64,000 nucleotides of DNA from Balanoglossus misakiensis (taxonomy: Eukaryota > Animalia > Hemichordata): the NCBI GenBank assembly GCA_040954595.2, contig CM082593.2:7848043-7912042 (forward strand), written 5' to 3'. The notes beneath the pieces are model-generated. The model ran no database searches. It worked only from the letters and a program-made list of their open reading frames with translations, and was not told where the DNA came from. A program made the position numbers and the translations under genes. Shown here piece by piece: positions 54,001 through 63,000 of the stretch. Numbering within the stretch: the stretch's first letter is position 1; every line of letters begins with the position of its first letter.

Positions 54001-57000
54001 TATGTGGATTTGTATGTGATCAAAAAATTTTGCTACTTTTCATGACCCCTTTGACCTCTGGTGACCTCATTAAATATGCATATACCTAATTACAGATGAA
54101 CCAATAGACCTAGAGGTTTTGTTTTTGTTATACATGGACTAGTATGGGGTCAAAATATTTTGCTCAAATGTTGGGTGACCTCGGGTGACCTTTGACCTAC
54201 TTAACACTATATTAGCATCAGATCAGATAATAGAGCTTGGGCCCGGACAATGCTGCTTGCAGCTTTAATTCTTTTTGGTTTTTCTCTCCACAGATTACAT
54301 ATTTATGTTACAATTTCATGTGCAAGAAAATGTATTCTGAATCAAAGAACAAGTAATTTAATTAGTTTGATATTTGGCTTTTCACATGTATTTCTTATTT
54401 TACAGTTACTTGTAATAAACTTGTGTTGTTAGGTCCCATTGGTATAGGCATATATACTATGGGACCTTATGGGATCGGTTGCGTCTGTATGGATGGATGG
54501 ATGGATGTCTGTATGTCCGTCCACATCAAAAACTTGAAAACCACTGCGCATATCACCTCGATATTTGGTGTGTAGATGCAGGCCGGGCTGTAGAAGGGAG
54601 TTTTTTCAAATGAAGTTGTCATTGCCAAAAATATGCAAATTAGCTGGGAAAATGTGAAATTGGTCAAAACTCAAAAACTCAACAACCACTGGTCAGATTG
54701 ATTTGAAATTTGGCATGCATGTACCTTATGTCTACCTCAAATAGTCCTGTATGTTTTGAGTTAATATTATCGATTTTCTATTTTTTAAGGATTTTTTGTA
54801 TTTTTCCACATTTATTGGTAAAACATCTTCATTTCTGCAAGTGATAGGCTGACTTCTTCGAAATTTATTTTGAAGCTTCCTATATGTGGTCTGAGTTACC
54901 ATAGTTTTGTTGAAATTGTTGCAAACTTTGCAAATTTATAATTTTGAGCAATTTTTGCCATTTTTGGTCCAATATTTTTTTCTCAAAAACCACATGCCAG
55001 ATTGGTTTGCAATTCCGTAGGCAAGTCCCTAGGGGTTTAAAGTAAGATGTTGTTAACAAAATTCTGATATTTAAATAAATGTGTTATTGGGGAAATTTTT
55101 GCAATTTTGTCAAAAGTTGTTTTCTCTGAAACTGCGTGTCACATTGCATTGAATTTTGCCAGGCATGTTCCTTATAGTGATTGAAGTAAGATATTGTACA
55201 ATTTTGGTGATATTTGCATATTCATGATTTTGCCACTTTTGAACAAATATTTTCTGTGAAACTGAAACTGCTTGTTACATTGCTTTGAATTTTTTTTCTC
55301 TGATTGCTTTGAAATTTAGGATACAATTTCACAACACATACATGTATATGTGCTACTTTTATTCAAGTCTGATATCAAAAACATTCAATATTTGGCGAGT
55401 TTTTTTGCAAGTTTCTTTGTTTTTGGTTAGCAAATCTTCTCCTTAACCAATTATCCAGTTGTTTTGAAAGTTACTATTTACAAGGAGTTGTTACCCCCAA
55501 CTTAGACATGTTTACGTAACTTTAATAGGCCAGCTGTTACAGAGACCACCAGCTATTAAATTTTTAATTACCAGTGGCAGGTCAGTGTGTGTGTGTGTCT
55601 GTCTGTCTGTTCCAGGGCTGACTGAAAGAAGTTGCTTCTCATATGTGTTTGTACAGACAATTTTTGGTCAAAAATAATTTTTTATAGCACCACTTATAAG
55701 ACTGCCACGACACATGACAGTTTATTGGGCATGTTCCTTGTTAATTTTTTTCATTCCATATTTCTATATGATTAGATCATATCTGCTTGCAATGTCACCT
55801 GTAATTTTTATTCTGGTGTATCCCTATTTCTGCGTAATCCTCAAATGGGACCACAGTGTCCTTGACACTATTTTTTTATTTTGATTTTATGTGTACTTTC
55901 ACTTGTTTCACTGATACACCATACAGAGTGACTTGCTGAATATGACCCACTTGGCATGAAAACAACAGAAGTGCATTGGAAGTAATGGTGAACCTATAGA
56001 CATGCAACAGAAATGCTATGAAAATCCCAAAGAAATTGTATAGGAAAAGAAATAAATCAGAAGTTTAATAGAAATGTCAACAGACATCTATTGCTCCTAT
56101 GCAGAAGTTAGTTTCTTTTGAACATCAATAAAGATATTTAGCTCCCCTATAAAAGTTCTATACAAATCTAGGTTTTACTCTTGATTTAAAAGAACATTTA
56201 AAACTGTGGCATATAAATTGCAGAAATTAATTAAAGCTGCAAGCAGCATTGAAGGGGTCCAAGCAAATAGAGATAATCATGACAAATCCATTGCATCAAA
56301 TGTCAATGCTGTATCTGCTGTGGATGCTAAGATATGGGAAAGAAGGTCAAAGAGGTCACCAAAAGTGTAGGCAATAATTTTTGACCCTATACTGGTCCAT
56401 GTCAAACAAAAACCACTCCTCTAGCCCTATTGGTTAGTCTGGAATTAGGTATGTGCATGTTCCATCCCTCCAAATTCGTAGGCTGTATCTGCTCTGGATG
56501 CTGAGATGTGTGAAAGTAGGCCAAAGGTCATCTGAGGTCACCCAAAATTTGCACAAAAAATGTTGATTCCATATTGGTCCATGTGCAACAAAAACCAAAC
56601 GTCTAACCGTATTGGTTAGCCTGGAATTAGGTATGCACATAATTAATCAGTTAAGCAGGTGTAACAGGTGACCCCAAAATTTCACTTTTTATTTTGGTCC
56701 CATGGTGCACAGTGGCCAATAGTCAATCGCTGTCCAGGACCATTGAACAGTGCAAAATTTCACAATAAGATGTGGACATAGCTTAACTCTAGAGGAATAA
56801 GTGTACCGGTAGGTATATATTTGTTTATCAAAAAAATTAATATAATAAAAATCAGTTGATTTCCATATTTTGGGGGCTGAAAATGATTGTTAGAAGGTAG
56901 AAGGAGTTTTGTGACCAGAAATAATCAGAGTTCAGGCTTGTATAGGGCATTTTATTGAATTACACTCAGTTTGTTTTCTGTTGCCGTTCAAATGCTCCTA

Positions 57001-60000
57001 CGCCATCCAGTCACGGCAGTGCAACTGCACGTTTAGAATGGGGTCGTCCGGCAGCTGTCCATGGGGCAATCAGCCAACCCCTCCCCCCCCCCCCCCCACG
57101 CTACAGTTACGTACCACAGCTAAAATAAAAAATACTCGAATTCATCATAGGCAAATTAAAAAATCGCGTCAAGGACACGGTGGTCCCATTGAGTGATTAC
57201 ACAAGAAAAAGTCTACACCGGAGTACATGGCCATATACAGACAGACAGACAGACACACACACACATAGAGAGAGATCAATGGGCAAACACTGACTGACCC
57301 ATAAGCTGCCAATGGCATATGTACTGTACATACATGTACACTAAATAGAACACCTGGCCTCTTTAAAACTTAGCCAGTTATGTAATCATTCAGGAATTTG
57401 CTGTGTTTATATGAAACACAGGAGGGAGTTCCTGCCTAATTAAAACAACTCAGTAAAGTAAATACACACCACTTTGCAAAGCAATCTGCCCAGTAGTTCT
57501 TGAGTTACTGAGTTTTGACCAAATTCACCTTTTTCCAGCTAATTTGCATATTTTTGGCAATGAAAACTTCATTTGAACTACCTCACATGTACAGCTGATA
57601 TGCATCAACACACCAAATATCAAGGTGATACACGCAGTGGTTTTCAAGTTTTTGATGTGGACGGACATACAGACATACATCCATCCATCCATACATACAT
57701 ACATCCATACATACATACATACATACATACATCCATACATACATACATACAGACGCAACCCATCCCATAAGGTCCCATGGTACATACCAATGGGACCCAA
57801 AAATATGAAAAAATATGAGAAAAATCTTCTTCTCAAAATCGGCATGGCCTAGGACCTTGATATTTGGCACAGAGGATTTTGGCCACATGGTCTGCAAAGT
57901 TTGAGAAAAGAATGTACATGCCGCCATTCCCATGCAAATTAGGTCAATTTGAAAATTTCGATTGAATATAGCCACAAATTCACGTGACTAAGTACAACTT
58001 CAAAGGTCAGGTGCACGAGTACTCATTGGCCCCAACCACCGTGCCAAGTTTCAAAAGCGCAGCTGCAGCGGTTTCTGAGATCTACATGGCCGAAAAAACT
58101 ACTCAGGAAGAAAGAAGAAAACTCCAGCAATTATAGTAGGGGCCCAAGCGCCTGAGGGCGCATGGGCCCCTAATTACATTTTACTATACCTGATCTTTCT
58201 CAAATCTTCAATATCTAATGACTCCAATCCCCACCATTTCAAGGACATTTTTGAAGCTTTGTCAACTGGCATACAGGGAATTGAATCTTCCCGTAAGAAA
58301 TGCAGGATTGGTAAGCATAGAAGAAACCTGGGGTCACAGCGTTTTCCACTTCCAATTGTTCTGTTACAGAGGAACACCAAAGCACTGCCCAATGACCTTT
58401 GGGAGAAAAGGAAATTTTCTCAATGAGTAAAGGAATTACATTAATTTTCCAGTATAGTGAAAGTACTAAATTATCATGGTCATTACAACTACCGCAATGA
58501 AATAACACATTGGATCATAACACAACACAAAGTGATGTGCATATGTCATAACAAGTTTGAATGGAATCGGTTTATGCAGGCATGACCGAACTAGCAAAAC
58601 CACAGTGTTGCTAAGATCAAAGCTAAAAAAACTGGGCCATGGCTCATTTAAACATACACGTAGTGCGTTATGGGCATAAGTTCGTTCATGTCATTGAATT
58701 GATACAACACATAAAATAACAATCACCTTCTTTCTTGGATTGAGGGGAAATGATGTTCCAGTCGTTTGTAATCCACGCAGACACCCTTTTCAATATTCGG
58801 TCTTATGAGTAAACCTTCAAAGAGGGCTCCAGCATCAGCATATTCCAAATCCGACAACATGTCATAATGATGTAGTATATGTAGAATTGAAAGGGCTGAC
58901 ACAAGTGCAGGTTCAGACTCGCCAGCAGGTCCATGTTGCAGTGACTTGAATGAATGAAGTTTGGGTGCAAGGTAGTCATATAATACCTATAGAAGAAAAA
59001 ATAGTAAGATGTGAGTGGACACCATTTGCAATGCTGAAATAATCAATTAGTATAAGTGATCAAAGGACAGTTACTAAGTGAATTGGGAATGGTGAGATAT
59101 TGATGGTGAGATATATAAATTTAAAGTAGATCAAAGGTCACCCCAAAATGTTTACACACAGTCTGGCCTGGCCAGGTCCGGCCCTTTCACCCACCTATAA
59201 CAGTGGGCTCTGCAAAATTCATCCAATGTCATCCCTAAAATTCAGAGATAATTTCTGGTTTAATGTATATTTAAGCAATAACCCCCGCCGCAGGCAGGTA
59301 TACGCGAGATTTGGGTACAATTCGAGACATATAGCACGAGCCATTAGGCGAGTGTTATATGGAGCAAATTGTACCAAAATCAAGTGTATACCCGACTGCA
59401 ATCTGATTAAAATCAGATGTAGGGAATGGCGACGTGGTTTTTTTTATGCTCTCGCCATAAAAAAAAACACGTCGCCGTTCCCTACATCTGATTTTAATCA
59501 GATTGACCCGACTGAGGCAAGGGTTTAATTATAATTATTATATCAACAATTGATTTTGTGGCATATCAGTGTCATTTTCTTAACGAAACAGCGTCAGAAA
59601 AAGAAGTTACCATCATGAACCAACATGGCGACAATGAATGTAAACACGAGCGGCCCAGGATCGAGCATTAAACATGAAGCAGGCGACAAAAAGTGACAAA
59701 AGTGCAAAATATTCAGAGTAGAGCAGTTTCAAAATAAAACGTCCGTAAATTCAAGTGTTTTTATGTTATTTTTTTGGTTTAATCCCACGCGACTGTGGTT
59801 TAACCGCACATTTTCCCTACTGCATGCTAGTTCAGGGGCCCGTTTTACCGCAGCCAACCGTGGTAAAACAGTATTTAACCATCGCTTTCGTCCAATCAGA
59901 ATGGCGGACAGTAGCATGATATAATAAAATGGTGTCAGCCAGTTATGTAATCATTCAGGAATTTGCTGCGTTTATATGAAACACAGGAGGGAGTTCCTGC

Positions 60001-63000
60001 CTAATTAAAACAACTCAGTAAAGTAAATACACACCACTTTGCAAAGCAATCTGCCCAGTAGTTCTTGAGTTACTGAGTTTTGACCAAATTCACCTTTTTC
60101 CAGCTAATTTGCATATTTTTGGCAATGAAAACTTCATTTGAACTAACTCCCATGTACAGCTAATATGCATCAACACACCAAATATCAAGGTTATACGCGC
60201 AGCGGTTTTCAAGTTTTTGATGTGGATGGACATACAGACATACATCCATCTATCCATCCATCTATCCATCCATCCATACATACATACATACATACATACA
60301 CACAGACGCAACTGATTCCATAAGGTCCCATGGTATATTTCATAACCAAAAGGGACCTAACAAAGATCTAATCTGCAAACCAACTCCAAAAACACACACA
60401 CACCACAATGGTTCAGTCCAAACCCGCTGTTTTCTATTGTAAGGTGGTGGCACATCCTAAATCGTACAAAGTTTTACACAATTACACTCAGCTAAAAAGG
60501 ATGGATCTTATACTTACCTTTTTAACATTGAACCCTTTTGGTTTCCAATGGCTCATTGCTGCATGAATCACCTGCTTTAGTTGTAATATCACATCACAAG
60601 CAATGCCTTCTGATGTATGTTGCCCAATGCAGAATCCTTCCCAAGTTGGCAACATGCGTTTTGTAACCACAATTTTATTTTCAAGTGCAAGAGTTTCAAA
60701 ATTTGACGATTTTCCCCAAAATTTGATAGCACCGAAGACCTTTCCAAAGCGACTTGGACTATTATCACCTTCTGGGTGACGGTAAATCACATCATCATAG
60801 CGATTCCAAACACCTGAATGCAAAACCAACACATCAGTTTAATCCTATTTTCAAGTAACATACCCAGTCTGTTGTAATATGCTAAACAGGATCTTATTGT
60901 TACATGTTAACATCTATGACTGCAATGAAAAAACACTTAGTGTTACGGTTGCTCAAGCATGACTGACCTTGTTCAGACAGTCTATAAATATGGCATTGAA
61001 ACATTCTTGGTCAGAAACTGGCATAAATAAATCAGTTGTGATGGCCTAACTGGCAGAGACCCGGACCTAAGCCACTATACCATACAGACGGACTTGTGTC
61101 TGCACCAATATCTGTGAACGGGTACCCTCAAATTCATGATATACTGCATGTGGCAAATAAATAAACCTACACTAATAAAAAATTAAAGATTTTGTAGTTA
61201 CCACCAGCAACAAAATGCTCCACTGGTACCTGCATCTTCCTCTTCTCATTTTTACTGCTGTTAGGTGGAATATTCTCATACATGCAGCTACTGGCGTCAT
61301 CCTGGCTAACATAGTATTTGTACTCCATTTCTTGGTTTGGTAAATCCTTTGGCTCTACATACAGAGTGCCTTCAATCAGAGTCATTTCATTTACAACTGT
61401 TCTGTATTAATATAAAATAAGCAAAATTTGTTCTATTAGTTACATGTTTACACAAAGGTGTAATTGAAAAATAAGTAGGGAAATTGAAGATTATGTAGCA
61501 GCAAATGCCAATAAACAGTGACCTTCTTTATGACTGCACTGATTTTTAAGTTTTGTTGAGTTTTAAAAAATTCACACAGATAGGCATTGCACTCTTAGGA
61601 TTAATTAACTTACTTTGTTGGCTTCATAATTACACATGGTCTTTCCCATCTGCCTAAGGCCTGTCCGCCGCACATAATTCCCACATTGTCTTTCTTTGGA
61701 TTATACCCAAAGGTTGGTGAAACCCACGCAGAGAAATGAATGGTCATAGTGTTCTCTCCTGGCTCCGTTAGATGTTGATACACCTCAACTTCCTCCTCCT
61801 TACTACACTTCGCTTGAACCGTCTTGTCTTCATTATCTTTCCTGCAACAGCAATGAAGAAATAAATGTTTGCACAAGTGTGACAGATACATATACTGTAA
61901 AAGATTTCATGCATTGGTGCACAATTGTGTGGGTCTCAGAGCCATATTAACCAATTTTCAACACAAAAAATAGCTTGTGAGGTTTACATGGCATGGGCAG
62001 CCACATTGGTGGATGGTAGGGTATGTGATAGGAGACGGTGGGTTATGTCCAATTATATGGACAACATATGATGTTGTCAATGTTGGGGGCACTTCAATAA
62101 CAAAATGATGCCATGATCACCGACTTCCAATGTAAAATAAACAATGACACATTCATGGATGATCCTGACTGGTAAAAAATAACAGGAGAGCCGGAAAAGC
62201 AGGAGTAAATAACCAAGTATTACTTTCTATTTTAGAAGGAAATAAATGTAGAATTGCCCTGTGCCACTAGGTGGTGCCTTGACTCATAAGCATAGATGGG
62301 CTGCACAAACAACCCACAGCTTCACAACATTCAGGCATTGCATGACATTTGAATGGCTTACTTTTTTTTCCATTTTCCTTTCCTTCTTTTCTTATCTTTC
62401 TCCTCATTTCCTTCATTCACTTCATCATCTTTAGCCTTGTTATACCACTTGCCATCTTTAGATTCCTAAAATGTTAAGTCACACAAATCTGGTTCAGTAA
62501 AACATACACGGAAGTAATTAGAGAAAATTTCCACCTGACGTTTCCTCACCTCAAAAGAATTGGACTCATGGATATTCGAAAAAAAATTCTTTCGAAGACT
62601 TTTACATGAGAATTTGTTGTTAACATAAAATATTGTAGATTCTGTCATGATTTGAACAAATGTAACTTAGATCACCCTAAGGAAAATGCCCCAAAATATA
62701 CCTAATGGCAAATTTCATCAAAACTTGAATAAATCTGACTCATATTATCCCCAGGGACCAGCATACCAAATTTCAAACAATCTGATAAGTGGATTCAGGG
62801 TAGAAGAGTTTTGAACAAAACCAGCAAGAATTACATGTACATGTGTATGCAAGTTTCACCACAATTTGAACAAACTTTGCTTGGAACCCCTTCAGAACCC
62901 ACATACCAAATTTCAAAGTAATTGGATGAATGGTTTCGGAGAAAAAGGTTTTTTAAAAATCAAAAATGGCAAAAATTGCCCCAAAGTGCCCCCAAACTAC

